From Candidatus Marinacidobacterales bacterium (GTDB lineage Bacteria > Acidobacteriota > Vicinamibacteria > Marinacidobacterales > DATDRI01): 64,000 nucleotides of DNA. The stretch spans positions 672,001 to 736,000 of the forward strand of contig OZ245365.1 in NCBI GenBank assembly GCA_965226495.1, read 5' to 3'. A program made the position numbers and the translations under genes. The notes beneath the pieces are model-generated. The model saw nothing but the letters and a program-made list of their open reading frames with translations. It ran no database searches and was not told where the DNA came from. Below are positions 8,962 through 18,200 of the stretch, piece by piece. Positions within the stretch are counted from its first letter, which is position 1; each line of letters opens with the position of its first letter.

Positions 8962-10827
8962 TTAGCGCCCGGAGGCTTCCTGACCGCGGCGGAAGCTTTG
9001 GCTCACGCGCCACCGCACGCGGACCCGAACCCCATCTTTTTCCGCCGGCTGGAAGCGCCACGTCCACAGAGCATCGAGAACCGCCCCATCCAGGACCGAG
9101 CCCGCCGATTCGATCACCTGGAGATCCACCGGATGGCCACCCTCGGTGATGATCATCTCGACGACGACGGTGCCTTCTTCTCCCTGCTGGATAGCGTTTT
9201 CTGGATAGGAAGCGAACTCCCCGCGGATTCGCCAGGGTGGGGTCATGTCGGGGCCGAGCTCGACGAGATCTCCCTTACGGGTCGTGGAAACGGGACGCAA
9301 GGATAAAGCGGTCAGGCGCGCTCGGAGGTGAAGGCTTTCACCGGCTTCCGCATCGATGTCGAAACTCCACGGGCGGAACCCTTCTCGCTCTACGACGACC
9401 TCGTGGGCTCCCGGATGGATAGGGAAGTCTTCGATGGGCGAGGCCCCGACGGATTCCCCGTCTATTCTGACCAGAGCTTCTTCCGGTTCGGCGCTCAGAA
9501 ACAGGCTCGTGCGAGCCGGTAGCATTTCAAAAAAAGTAGTGGAGGGTAGAATACCGGCCTGAACATCGAAGTTTTTCTCGACCGGCAAGAACCCTTTCTT
9601 GGCGACTCGAAGCTCTAGTTGGCCATCGGGAACCGGATTCAAGACGACGGGCGAAGTACCCACTTCGTTTCCGTTGAGCCAAACGGTGGCCCCGGAAGGC
9701 GTCGTCTCTACGCGAAGCCCTTCGACTGCGGCTGGCGCGACGGGTGTCGAGGCACCGGCACCTACGAAAACGGCGATAATCGCGGCCCCGGCTGCGGCGA
9801 GAAGAGATGATGTCGCGATGAAGGTTGCGCGCCGGAGGCGCAGTGTGAGGGCGACGGGGTGACTCCGTTTGCCGCCCGCGGTCCTTCTGGCTGGATCACG
9901 TGCGATGACGTATGGCGCCTTCTCGATGCCGGGCAGCCTGACGGTATCGCTTCCCACCGAAGACGAAAACAATTCTGGTCTCGGAGGTGGTTTGGCCCCG
10001 GACGTCGCGAGCTCTATTTTTTCGAGCTTGGTCAAAGACAACGTGCGTGCGAATTCGGCAGCGGTTGCGTAGCGATCAGCCGGCTTCTTGGCCAGGACGG
10101 AGCGGAAGATCTGGTCGTAACGAGCGGGCAGCGCACCGTTCCATTGTCGCGGTGATACAGGATCTTGATTGACGACTCGAAAGAGGATGGAGGGGATTTT
10201 GTCGCCCGAGAAGGGTCTCCTTCCGGTCAATATTTCATACGTCACGACGCCGAGCGAGAAGATATCCGCTTGTGCGGTCGGTTCTTGGCTAAGAACTTGT
10301 TCGGGTGACATATAAGGTGGCGAGCCCAGCGACTCGCCGTCCGTCGTCATGATGGTCGATTCCAAGTGCGCAACACCGAAGTCCATGATCTTGGGCTGGC
10401 CGTCGGGAAGGATCATAATGTTCGAAGGCTTCACGTCCCGATGGATGATGCCATGTTGGTGCGCGAAGTCGAGCGCCTCGGCGATCGGAGAGACGATGTC
10501 GAACACTTCGTCCGGTGGCAGCACGCCTCTTTGGGCAAGCAGGCTCAAGAGCGTCATGCCTTCCAGGTACTCCATCACGAAGTAGTCGTCGCTGACGTCG
10601 TAGATGGTCACAATGTTGGGATGGGATAGAGCACCGGCCGCCCGCGCCTCACGCTGGAAGCGCTGCATGTATTCTTTCGCGTGGGCTTGCCTCAGGTATT
10701 CGGGTCGTACGGTCTTGATGGCTACCACCCGGCGACAGAGTGGATCGTAGCCGCGGTATACCTTTCCCATGGCGCCGCGCGCGATTTCGGCCTGAAGCTG
10801 GTAGCGGCCAAGGGTGCGAGGGATCAT
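8962..10827 (-). CDS. Membrane Ser/Thr kinase with two PEGA domains and a C-terminal TonB_C domain
   Basis: IARGAMGKVY, HRDVKPSN, DFG, YMSPE. TM helix. PEGA-like VETTPSGATVWLNG..GTSP and AEPEEALVRIDG..GASP. TonB_C YPENAIQQGEEGTVVVEMII..LDGAVLDALWTWRFQPA. Confidence 0.9.
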   Translation of the reverse strand: MIPRTLGRYQLQAEIARGAMGKVYRGYDPLCRRVVAIKTVRPEYLRQAHAKEYMQRFQREARAAGALSHPNIVTIYDVSDDYFVMEYLEGMTLLSLLAQRGVLPPDEVFDIVSPIAEALDFAHQHGIIHRDVKPSNIMILPDGQPKIMDFGVAHLESTIMTTDGESLGSPPYMSPEQVLSQEPTAQADIFSLGVVTYEILTGRRPFSGDKIPSILFRVVNQDPVSPRQWNGALPARYDQIFRSVLAKKPADRYATAAEFARTLSLTKLEKIELATSGAKPPPRPELFSSSVGSDTVRLPGIEKAPYVIARDPARRTAGGKRSHPVALTLRLRRATFIATSSLLAAAGAAIIAVFVGAGASTPVAPAAVEGLRVETTPSGATVWLNGNEVGTSPVVLNPVPDGQLELRVAKKGFLPVEKNFDVQAGILPSTTFFEMLPARTSLFLSAEPEEALVRIDGESVGASPIEDFPIHPGAHEVVVEREGFRPWSFDIDAEAGESLHLRARLTALSLRPVSTTRKGDLVELGPDMTPPWRIRGEFASYPENAIQQGEEGTVVVEMIITEGGHPVDLQVIESAGSVLDGAVLDALWTWRFQPAEKDGVRVRVRWRVSQSFRRGQEASGR

Positions 10828-10857
10828 AGATTTAGGCTTGCGTTAGTCGAGCTGAAA

Positions 10858-10887
10858 ATTGTAACCCAGTGGAGCTCAACATGTAAA
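10858..10887 (-). promoter_or_regulatory. Putative sigma-70 promoter for the kinase-TonB gene
   Basis: Minus strand TTTACA-N18-TACAAT, 30 nt upstream of the ATG. Confidence 0.45.
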
Positions 10888-10917
10888 GATTCGCCGAAAC
10901 GCTTATTTTGTCAGGGA

Positions 10918-12072
10918 TTAGGCTCTTTCGAGCAACTCGCGAGCGATGACCAAGTGCTGGATCTCGGAAGTGCCTTCGTAAATCCGGAGGGCCCGGACCT
11001 CCCGATACAACCGCTCGACGACCGAGCCTTTGGTGATGCCCCGGCCGCCGTGGATTTGAACGGCTTGGTCAACGATCCGTTGGGCGGCTTCAGTGGAAAA
11101 AAGCTTGGCCATCGCCGACTCTAGTGTCGTGCGACCTTCTTGCGTGTCTCTGGCGTGCGCGGCACGGTAGACGAGGAGCCGCGAGGCGTCAAGCTCGGTC
11201 GCCATGTCGGCCAATTTGAACTGAATCGCCTGAAACTCTGCGATAGGGCTTCCGAATTGCCGTCGTTCCCGAGCGGTGCGCAACGATTCTTTCAAGGCAC
11301 GTCCCGCCAAGCCGCAGGCGGCAGCTCCAACGGTTGGCCGGAATTTGTCGAGAGTCGTCAACGCGATCTTGATTCCCTGTCCCTCCTCGCCGAGCCGTTG
11401 TGATTCCGCCACTTCGCAGTCTTTGAGCTCGATCGAGCCGTTGGGGTGCGGGGCTATCAATGCCGTTTTTTCCTTGAGCTTGAGTCCCGGTGAGGACCCC
11501 TCGACAACGAACGCGGAGAGCCCTTTGCTCCCGGCTCCCGGATCCGTAGAGGCGAAGACGATATAGGTTGCGGCGATCCCGGCGTTCGAGATGAAGCATT
11601 TTGTGCCATTAATAATGTAGCGGTCGGCTTTCTTCTGGGCTCGGGTCGTTATCGCGCCAACGTCACTTCCTGCCTCGGGCTCGGTGAGAGCGAATGCCGC
11701 CACCGCCTCGCCCTCCCCGACCGCAGGAAGATAGCGCTTTCTTTGTGCGTCCGTTCCGGCCAGGGTTATCGGAAAGCTACCGAGGCCTTGGAGTGCGAAC
11801 ATCGAATCGGCCAGAGACGAGCCACGAGCAAGCTCTTCGCGAATGACAGCCAGGGAGCGCGTTTCGACCGTTTTCTCAATGCCACCGAACTGCGCAGGGA
11901 CGACGTATGACGTCCAGCCTCCTTCGGTAACCTTCGCCAGCAGTCTCAGCCCCTCTTGGTCGATATCCTCGTCTTCTTTTCCCGGATCGGAGTAAATGTG
12001 CTGCTCGACCCACGATCGGGCCCGATGCGCAAGCTCGCGCTGAGCATCGGTAAGGAACACATCGACGCTCAT
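10918..12072 (-). CDS. Acyl-CoA dehydrogenase
   Basis: FALTEPEAGSDV, INGTKCFISN, RRQFG, QIHGGRG, IYEGTSEIQ. Confidence 0.95.
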   Translation of the reverse strand: MSVDVFLTDAQRELAHRARSWVEQHIYSDPGKEDEDIDQEGLRLLAKVTEGGWTSYVVPAQFGGIEKTVETRSLAVIREELARGSSLADSMFALQGLGSFPITLAGTDAQRKRYLPAVGEGEAVAAFALTEPEAGSDVGAITTRAQKKADRYIINGTKCFISNAGIAATYIVFASTDPGAGSKGLSAFVVEGSSPGLKLKEKTALIAPHPNGSIELKDCEVAESQRLGEEGQGIKIALTTLDKFRPTVGAAACGLAGRALKESLRTARERRQFGSPIAEFQAIQFKLADMATELDASRLLVYRAAHARDTQEGRTTLESAMAKLFSTEAAQRIVDQAVQIHGGRGITKGSVVERLYREVRALRIYEGTSEIQHLVIARELLERA

Positions 12073-12869
12073 GGGTCTAGCTTCTTGAAGTCAGGCGGGC
12101 GTTTTTCGATGAAGGCGTCGTAGCCCTCGCGAAACTCCGGCCTTTCCATGAGCGTAGCCTGAGCTCGCGCCTCGGCCTCTAGGGCGTCTTCGAACGACAT
12201 CGACGCCTCGCTGTTGATCAACTCTTTCGTAAGACCGATGGCGTGTACCGGTCCTTGGGCAAGCCTCTCGGCGAGCTTGTAGGTTTCCGGCATCAGCTCA
12301 TCGGCCGGTACCACGCGGTTGGCCAGCCCGATGCGGAGCGCCTCTGCCGCGTCTACCGAGCGTCCGGTAAAGAGAAGCTCGGAGGCGATTCCGGTGCCGA
12401 CGAGCCGCGGCAGCATCCAAGCTGCCCCCATGTCCGCCCCTGCGAGGCCGACTTTCACGAAGAGAAAGGCGAACTTGGCGCTCTCGGCGCACACGCGGAT
12501 GTCGCTCGCCAGCGCTAGCACCGCGCCTGCTCCGGCCGCGATGCCGTTCACAGCCGCGATGATCGGTTTTTGGAGTCGCCTCATGTTGCGGATGACGTTA
12601 CATGTCAGAGTAGTGAACTCGTACTTCCGATCAGCATCTTCTTCCAGAAGTTTCTCGATAATGTCCGTGACGCTGCCGCCGGAGCAAAAGCCGCGCCCTT
12701 CGCCGGTCAGCACCACGGCGCGGACGGCACTCTCGTGTTGGAGGTCGGTGAAGGCTCTATCCAGCTCCTCATAGACCTCGAAGGTGAGGGAGTTCAGTGT
12801 GTCCGGGCGGTTTAGCCGTATCGTGGCAATCGAGTCGTCCACCGAGTAGACGAAGCTCTGGTATGGCAT
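12069..12869 (-). CDS. Enoyl-CoA hydratase/isomerase (crotonase) family protein
   Basis: LNRPDTLNSL, FCSGG, KPIIAAVNGIAAGAG, AEALRIGLANRVV, AFIEKRPPDF. Confidence 0.93.
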   Translation of the reverse strand: MPYQSFVYSVDDSIATIRLNRPDTLNSLTFEVYEELDRAFTDLQHESAVRAVVLTGEGRGFCSGGSVTDIIEKLLEEDADRKYEFTTLTCNVIRNMRRLQKPIIAAVNGIAAGAGAVLALASDIRVCAESAKFAFLFVKVGLAGADMGAAWMLPRLVGTGIASELLFTGRSVDAAEALRIGLANRVVPADELMPETYKLAERLAQGPVHAIGLTKELINSEASMSFEDALEAEARAQATLMERPEFREGYDAFIEKRPPDFKKLDP

Positions 12870-12881
12870 GCGACTCCTCAG

Positions 12882-13658
12882 TTAGTAAAAGACGGCACCG
12901 CCATCGATGTTGATGGCCTGACCATTGATGCCGAGCGCCTCATCTGAAGCCAGCATGACCGCAACGCGGGCCACTTCTTCCGGCTCGATGAGTCGATCCT
13001 GTGGAGAGAGTTTCTCCAGTCGCGAGAGCGCGTCCGCCTCACTCATCCCGGTCTTCTGCGAAATCTTTGCGATCGACCGCTTCGTCATGTCCGTTGCCAC
13101 ATAGCCGGGACAGATCGCATTGACGGTCACGTGGTGCTGCACCATTTCGAGCGCTAGCGCACGGGTGAAGCCGAGAAGGCCGTGTTTGCTCGCGCAGTAC
13201 GCCGCCGTATAGGGAAACCCAACCTTACCCGCAGTCGAAGCGATATTGATGATCCGCCCCCAGTTCTTGTCGATCAGTCCTGGCAAAAACGCCCTGGTGA
13301 CGTGATAGGCGCCCGTGAGGTTCACGCGCAAGTGTTCATCCCAGAGCTCATCGTCCATGTCGACGGTTTTGGCGCTCTTGGCGATGCCGGCGTTATTGAC
13401 CAGGATGTCCGCCACGCCCAAGGAAGCGGTCGTCTCCTTCATCGCGGCTTCGATGGAGGCTTTGTCGGTGACGTCGAGGGGAACAGTTACCGCGCTGCCC
13501 CCGTGGGATTCGATGGTAGAAGCGAGCTGGCGGAGCTCTTCGAGCGAACGGGAGCAAAGGGCGACGGCCGCCCCCTCACCCGCTAAGGCGAGAGCGATCG
13601 CTCGACCGATGCCCCGACTCGCGCCAGTGACCACGGCGATCTTGCCTTGCAGAGACAT
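12882..13658 (-). CDS. Short-chain dehydrogenase/reductase (3-hydroxyacyl-CoA/3-hydroxybutyrate dehydrogenase-like)
   Basis: TGASRGIG, NNAG, YCASK, CPGYVATDM. Confidence 0.92.
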   Translation of the reverse strand: MSLQGKIAVVTGASRGIGRAIALALAGEGAAVALCSRSLEELRQLASTIESHGGSAVTVPLDVTDKASIEAAMKETTASLGVADILVNNAGIAKSAKTVDMDDELWDEHLRVNLTGAYHVTRAFLPGLIDKNWGRIINIASTAGKVGFPYTAAYCASKHGLLGFTRALALEMVQHHVTVNAICPGYVATDMTKRSIAKISQKTGMSEADALSRLEKLSPQDRLIEPEEVARVAVMLASDEALGINGQAINIDGGAVFY

Positions 13659-13665
13659 CGGCCGC

Positions 13666-14094
13666 TCACACCTTGCGCTTCTGGGCCAAATGGATGAGTA
13701 CTCCGAAAGCGTCTCGCGGATGGACGAAGGCTTCGTCCCAATGATAGCCCTCGAAGCTGACGTCGGGAGCGTACTGGTGTCGATATGCGATCTCTACGCC
13801 TCTCTTCTTGAGCTCGGCGATGGCGTGTTCGAGGTCGTCGACCTCGAACGAAATGTGATGGACCCCTTCACCGCGTTTCTTCAGAAAACGAGCGATGGGG
13901 CTATCGTCGTCATACGGTGAAAGAAGCTCCAGCTTTTTTCCGCCGAGGGTAAAGGGCCGGTAGCGGAACTTCATGTCCTTGACGTCTTCCGTGTCCTCGA
14001 ACTCGGCGTCGAATGCCTTCTCGAAAAACTCCTGTGCCCGATCGAGATCCTGCACCGCGATGGCAACCCGCTCGATGTTTTTTACGAAGCTCAC
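13666..14094 (-). CDS. VOC family protein (methylmalonyl-CoA epimerase-like)
   Basis: VAIAVQDLD, LELLSP, FLKKRGEGVHHISFEVDD, AFVHPRDAFGVLI. Confidence 0.8.
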   Translation of the reverse strand: MSFVKNIERVAIAVQDLDRAQEFFEKAFDAEFEDTEDVKDMKFRYRPFTLGGKKLELLSPYDDDSPIARFLKKRGEGVHHISFEVDDLEHAIAELKKRGVEIAYRHQYAPDVSFEGYHWDEAFVHPRDAFGVLIHLAQKRKV

Positions 14095-14113
14095 TCTCGG
14101 ATATCCTTTCTCG

Positions 14114-15463
14114 CTAGCTGAAGATCTTGCTGATCAGGCCTTGTAACGGACCCCACCATCCATACACGAGAATGACCACAATGACGCTCGGGATCACGTA
14201 GCGGATCCAGAAGATCCAAAAATCCCCGATCTTGATCGAGCTGCCTCGGTTCACCTCTTCGAGGGCCTTACCTCGCGTCACGAACCAACCCAGCGCGATC
14301 AGCGTGAGGGCGCTCCCTACGGGCTGCATGGTGGAGCCCCAGATGAGGTCGCTATACATGAGGTATTGGCTACTCCACATGGGGATCAGGGACAGGAACA
14401 CCTGGACACAAACCAGGCCTACCAGAGCGCGAGCCCGGCTCATCCCGAAGTACAAATGCAACCCATCCACGAGGACTTCAATGGCGGCGACTCCGGATAG
14501 GAAAGCGGCGAAGAAAAGGGCAGCGAAGAAGATGGTTCCCACGATAGTACCGCCGGGGATCTGTGCGAAGACTCCGGGGAGAGTAATAAAGATGAGCGAG
14601 GGGCCGCTACCGGGTTCGAGCCCAAGAGCGAAAACGGCGGGCAAGACGGCGAGGCCACCGAGCATCGCCGCTGTCAGGTCTCCGATCGCAGTCGCCACCG
14701 CCGTTTTTGGGATATCTTCGTCCGCGCGGAGGTAACTCCCGTAGAGAACGAAGAATGTGCCGCCCAGGGACATGCTGAAGAAGACCTGGCCGAGCGCGGC
14801 GAGCAGAGTCTGCGCCGTGATCTTCGAGAGGTCCGGAACCAGGAAGAAGCGTACACCCTCCCACGCACCGGGCAGAGTGACCGATCGGATGATCACCACG
14901 AGTAGAGAAACGAAAACAATGGGCATGACGATGCGAGACACGGACTCGATGCCCCGACGAACGCCGAAGTACAAAACGCCGGCGATGGCTACGAAGACGG
15001 CGAGGGTGCTCAAGATGTTCTCGACCGTAATGCCTTCGAGGTGTTGGCTGAAGAATTCAGCGGGGTCCTGGCCCAAGAAACTTCCCGCGAGCGTGGCCCC
15101 CGCGTAGAAGAGCACCTGTCCGATGATGAGCATGTAGTAGGAGCTGGCCATGAATACGGTGACAAAGAGCAGAATCCCGACGCCTTTTCCGCCTGGCATT
15201 CCCGTCGCCGTGAAGGCGCCAGCCGGTCCCTGTCGCGTGTGTCGACCCAATGTCCATTCCGCCATCATGGCGGGAATGCCGAGAAGGAATGCGAAGACCA
15301 AGTAGACGGCGACAAATGCGGCACCACCGTACGTGCCCGCCATGTAGGGGAAGCGCCAGACGTTGGCCAGGCCGACCGCGACTCCGATCAGTGCCATGGT
15401 CGAGCCGAAACGAGAGGTGAAGGTTTCGCGTGTGGCGCCGGGTGAAGGAGGGAGCTCAGGCAT
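14114..15463 (-). CDS. Sodium-dependent transporter, NSS (LeuT/TnaT/MhsT) family
   Basis: RETFTSRFG..GVAVGLANVWRFPY..GGAAF, ALGQVFFSMSLG, GPSLIFITLP. Start moved to ATG 15463, overlapping the cupin stop. Confidence 0.93.
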   Translation of the reverse strand: MPELPPSPGATRETFTSRFGSTMALIGVAVGLANVWRFPYMAGTYGGAAFVAVYLVFAFLLGIPAMMAEWTLGRHTRQGPAGAFTATGMPGGKGVGILLFVTVFMASSYYMLIIGQVLFYAGATLAGSFLGQDPAEFFSQHLEGITVENILSTLAVFVAIAGVLYFGVRRGIESVSRIVMPIVFVSLLVVIIRSVTLPGAWEGVRFFLVPDLSKITAQTLLAALGQVFFSMSLGGTFFVLYGSYLRADEDIPKTAVATAIGDLTAAMLGGLAVLPAVFALGLEPGSGPSLIFITLPGVFAQIPGGTIVGTIFFAALFFAAFLSGVAAIEVLVDGLHLYFGMSRARALVGLVCVQVFLSLIPMWSSQYLMYSDLIWGSTMQPVGSALTLIALGWFVTRGKALEEVNRGSSIKIGDFWIFWIRYVIPSVIVVILVYGWWGPLQGLISKIFS

Positions 15464-15782
15464 GGGAGGGCGGTGGGGATATGAAGACAAGAAGAATCAG
15501 ACGCTCCGCGTTTGGGTTACGGACACCGTGTGGCTCGCCGGCGGGTGCGAGCACCGCCTGACCGGGTCCGATCTCTTCGTTTTCCTCTCCGACTTGAATG
15601 GTTCCTCGACCTTCGAGAGCGACATAGACTTTGTCGGAGCCATCATGGATGTGAGTCTTCTGCGCTTGGTTGGGTTCCAGGCAATAGAGATCGCAGAAGA
15701 GCCGAGGCGTTTCGAAGATGCCGACCTTTTGCATCTTCTCGGATGAGAAACGGCGTGCTTTTACAAGAGTTCTGATGTCCAT
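15456..15782 (-). CDS. Cupin domain protein
   Basis: HIHDGSDKVYVALEGRG and APAGEPHGVRN cupin motifs. Confidence 0.85.
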   Translation of the reverse strand: MDIRTLVKARRFSSEKMQKVGIFETPRLFCDLYCLEPNQAQKTHIHDGSDKVYVALEGRGTIQVGEENEEIGPGQAVLAPAGEPHGVRNPNAERLILLVFISPPPSHA

Positions 15783-15795
15783 GGTTTCAGTGTTT

Positions 15796-16530
15796 TCACG
15801 CCGAGGCCGGCTTCAGATAGTCTCGGGCCTCGAAGGCTTGTCCGGTGACCGAAGACGACTCATCCGAGGCGAGGTAGACGAAAGCCTCGGCGATGTCCTC
15901 CGGAGTGGGAAGTGTCAAGGGGTCTTCGTCGGGGTAGGCGGCGCCCCGCATCGCGGTACGTGTCGCTCCGGGGTTCACGCTGTTGACGCGAATGCCGTTT
16001 GGGCGGAGCTCCTCCGCCAGTACCTGGGTGAACCCCTCCAAGCCGAACTTCGACACCGCATAGGGACCCCAGTTCGGTTTCCCTTTTCGACCCACGCTCG
16101 AGCTGACATTAATGACCGAGCCGCTCCCTCGACGAATGAGTGCCGGCAAGAGGGGACGGGTCACGTAGAAGAGGCTCGCGGTATTGATACGCAGGACCTC
16201 GTCCCAGGTGGCGATGTCGAGATCGACCAGAAGGGCCCTCCTGCCTAGGATGCTCGCGTTGTTGACCAAGATGCTGAGGTCTGGAAAAAGGGAGAGGGCG
16301 GACTCGACCAGACGCCGAGCTTGCTCGGGGTTGCCGACGTCCGCAGCCGCGAAACCGACCTCGGGTCCAATCTCTTGAAGATCACGGGCCGCATCCGCAA
16401 GGTCCTTTTCTCCACGCGCGCACAGGAAGACTCGGGCGCCTTCCTTCAGGAAGGCGGATGCGATCCCGCGTCCGATTCCCTTGCTGGCGCCCGTAACCAA
16501 CGCCGCTTTGCCCTCGAGTCTTTTACTCAC
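15796..16530 (-). CDS. Short-chain dehydrogenase/reductase (YciK-like)
   Basis: TGASKGIG, NNAS, SSSVGRKG..WGPYAVSK, NPGATRTAMR..YPDEDP. Confidence 0.9.
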   Translation of the reverse strand: MSKRLEGKAALVTGASKGIGRGIASAFLKEGARVFLCARGEKDLADAARDLQEIGPEVGFAAADVGNPEQARRLVESALSLFPDLSILVNNASILGRRALLVDLDIATWDEVLRINTASLFYVTRPLLPALIRRGSGSVINVSSSVGRKGKPNWGPYAVSKFGLEGFTQVLAEELRPNGIRVNSVNPGATRTAMRGAAYPDEDPLTLPTPEDIAEAFVYLASDESSSVTGQAFEARDYLKPASA

Positions 16531-16633
16531 GACCGGTGCATTCTATGAGCAGTGGTCCGAGGCATCAAGGCGGAACTGGGAGGAACTGGACGAATTGGCT
16601 ACGCCGGGACGGTCCAGGTTAAGCTTCTGACGC

Positions 16634-17551
16634 ATGGCGCCGAATCCCGACCTAAGTGTGGTGCTTCCCGTGTTCAATGAGGAGGCCAATATTGGGGAGC
16701 TTCACCAGCGTCTGGTCGGTGTCTTGACCCCCCTCGGGCTCGCGTTCGAGGTCATTTACGTCGATGACGGAAGCTCCGATCGATCCCGCGACCTTATCGC
16801 CAAGTTGGCGACGTCGGATTCGCGAGTGGGTCTCTTGGTTCTGAGTCGCAATTTCGGACACGAGGTCGCTTTGATGGCGGGACTCGATCACGCTAGCGGG
16901 GACGGCGTCGTCCTCATTGATTCCGACCTGCAGGATCCGCCGGAGCTCATCCCCGAGCTGGTGGTGCGCTGGCGGGAAGGCTTCGACGTCGTCTACGCTC
17001 AGCGAAAGGCCCGCCTAGGAGAATCCGGCTTCAAACGGGCGACCGCCTTCGCCTTCTACCGTGCGATTCGCCTCATCGCTCCCCTGGATCTACCACCCGA
17101 CACCGGCGACTTCCGATTGCTATCCCGCCGCGCCGCCGATGCACTCCGCAGTTTCCGCGAGCGGCAGCGATTCTTGCGGGGTTTGGTCGCCTGGACCGGT
17201 TTTCGCCAGACAAACGTTCTCTACGACCGACCGGCGCGAAAAGCGGGAGAGAGTACCTATCGACTCGGAGCGATGATACGGCTCGCGATGACGGCAACCC
17301 TATCCTTCAGTAACTTTCCCATCTCCCTCGTCGGTTTGGCGGGAGCGGCGGTCTGCGCCGCGTCGCTAGTCGGCTGGGGATGGGGGGCGTCGGCGGGTAC
17401 CGCGGCCTTGTTTTTCCTGGGCGGCGTCCAGTTGGTGGGGCTTTGGGTGTTGGGTCAGTATCTCGCCGGAATCGCCGAGGAGGTCAGGCGCCGGCCCCTC
17501 TATGTGGTTCAAGAATCTCTGAACGTGGCGGGCTCTCTCCGAACGAGTTAG
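16634..17551 (+). CDS. GT2 polyprenol-phosphate glycosyltransferase (GtrB/ArnC-like)
   Basis: VVLPVFNEE, VDDGSSD, LSRNFGH, DSDLQDPPE, DTGDFRLLSR, two C-terminal TM helices, RRPLYVV. Confidence 0.92.
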   Translation: MAPNPDLSVVLPVFNEEANIGELHQRLVGVLTPLGLAFEVIYVDDGSSDRSRDLIAKLATSDSRVGLLVLSRNFGHEVALMAGLDHASGDGVVLIDSDLQDPPELIPELVVRWREGFDVVYAQRKARLGESGFKRATAFAFYRAIRLIAPLDLPPDTGDFRLLSRRAADALRSFRERQRFLRGLVAWTGFRQTNVLYDRPARKAGESTYRLGAMIRLAMTATLSFSNFPISLVGLAGAAVCAASLVGWGWGASAGTAALFFLGGVQLVGLWVLGQYLAGIAEEVRRRPLYVVQESLNVAGSLRTS

Positions 17552-17556
17552 GCACC

Positions 17557-18048
17557 TCACCGCTCGGGGGGGACCAGGAGCCTTTCGACAGCTTGGACCA
17601 TCTCCTCCCGCGTCATGACCGAGAACGTCTTATTCGCCACTTCGCCATCAGCCGCGAAGAAAAAAGTGGCCGGAATCGCACCGGTCCATTCGGAATCGAT
17701 GACGCGGATGAATGCGTCGATGTTGTCGGTTTGCTTGAGGTAAACAGGAAAGCGCGGTCGATGTTTATCCAGAAAGGGAAGGAGCTTCGAATCAATGTCC
17801 TTAGGAAAATCGGCAGAAACTGAGACTACCACCAAACCGTGGTCGCGGTATGTTTTCTCGAGGGAGACGATCTCCGGAAACTCGACGATACACGGGGGGC
17901 ACCACGTGGCCCAAAAGTTTAGGAGCACGACCTGGCCACGATGCTGGCGAACGATTTCCAGGATGTCGGGAGCATCGACCTGACGCAGAGACTCGCGCGA
18001 CGGCGCTTGGGTCCATGCTAGGCTGGAGACAAGTGCGGCTGCAAGCAA
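17557..18048 (-). CDS. TlpA/ResA/CcmG-like periplasmic thiol-disulfide oxidoreductase
   Basis: LLNFWATWCPPC and GAIPATFF. Hydrophobic N-terminus. The real start may be ATA at 18069. Confidence 0.88.
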   Translation of the reverse strand: MLAAALVSSLAWTQAPSRESLRQVDAPDILEIVRQHRGQVVLLNFWATWCPPCIVEFPEIVSLEKTYRDHGLVVVSVSADFPKDIDSKLLPFLDKHRPRFPVYLKQTDNIDAFIRVIDSEWTGAIPATFFFAADGEVANKTFSVMTREEMVQAVERLLVPPER

Positions 18049-18065
18049 GAGGGAGATCGGCCGGC

Positions 18066-18200
18066 CTATTTCTTCTCCTCCAGAATTTTCTTCAGGGTCT
18101 CGATCTCGCGGTCGAGTCGCTGTTGTTTCTTAGATAGGCTCACTAAATAAAAGAAGAGTGCTGTCCAAATGACCATGTAAGCGGCGAACAAGTAGCTCAT
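18066..18200 (-). CDS. ccmD: CcmD-like heme exporter protein D (44 aa, below the ORF-track cut-off)
   Basis: Manual translation MSYLFAAYMVIWTALFFYLVSLSKKQQRLDREIETLKKILEEKK*: TM helix with AY plus a charged tail. ATGA overlap with the ccmC stop. Confidence 0.85.
   Translation of the reverse strand: MSYLFAAYMVIWTALFFYLVSLSKKQQRLDREIETLKKILEEKK

Noticed and set aside
16572-16598. GGAACTGG direct repeats in a divergent promoter region
   Set aside because: Only two exact copies plus one degenerate copy, too weak to call an operator.
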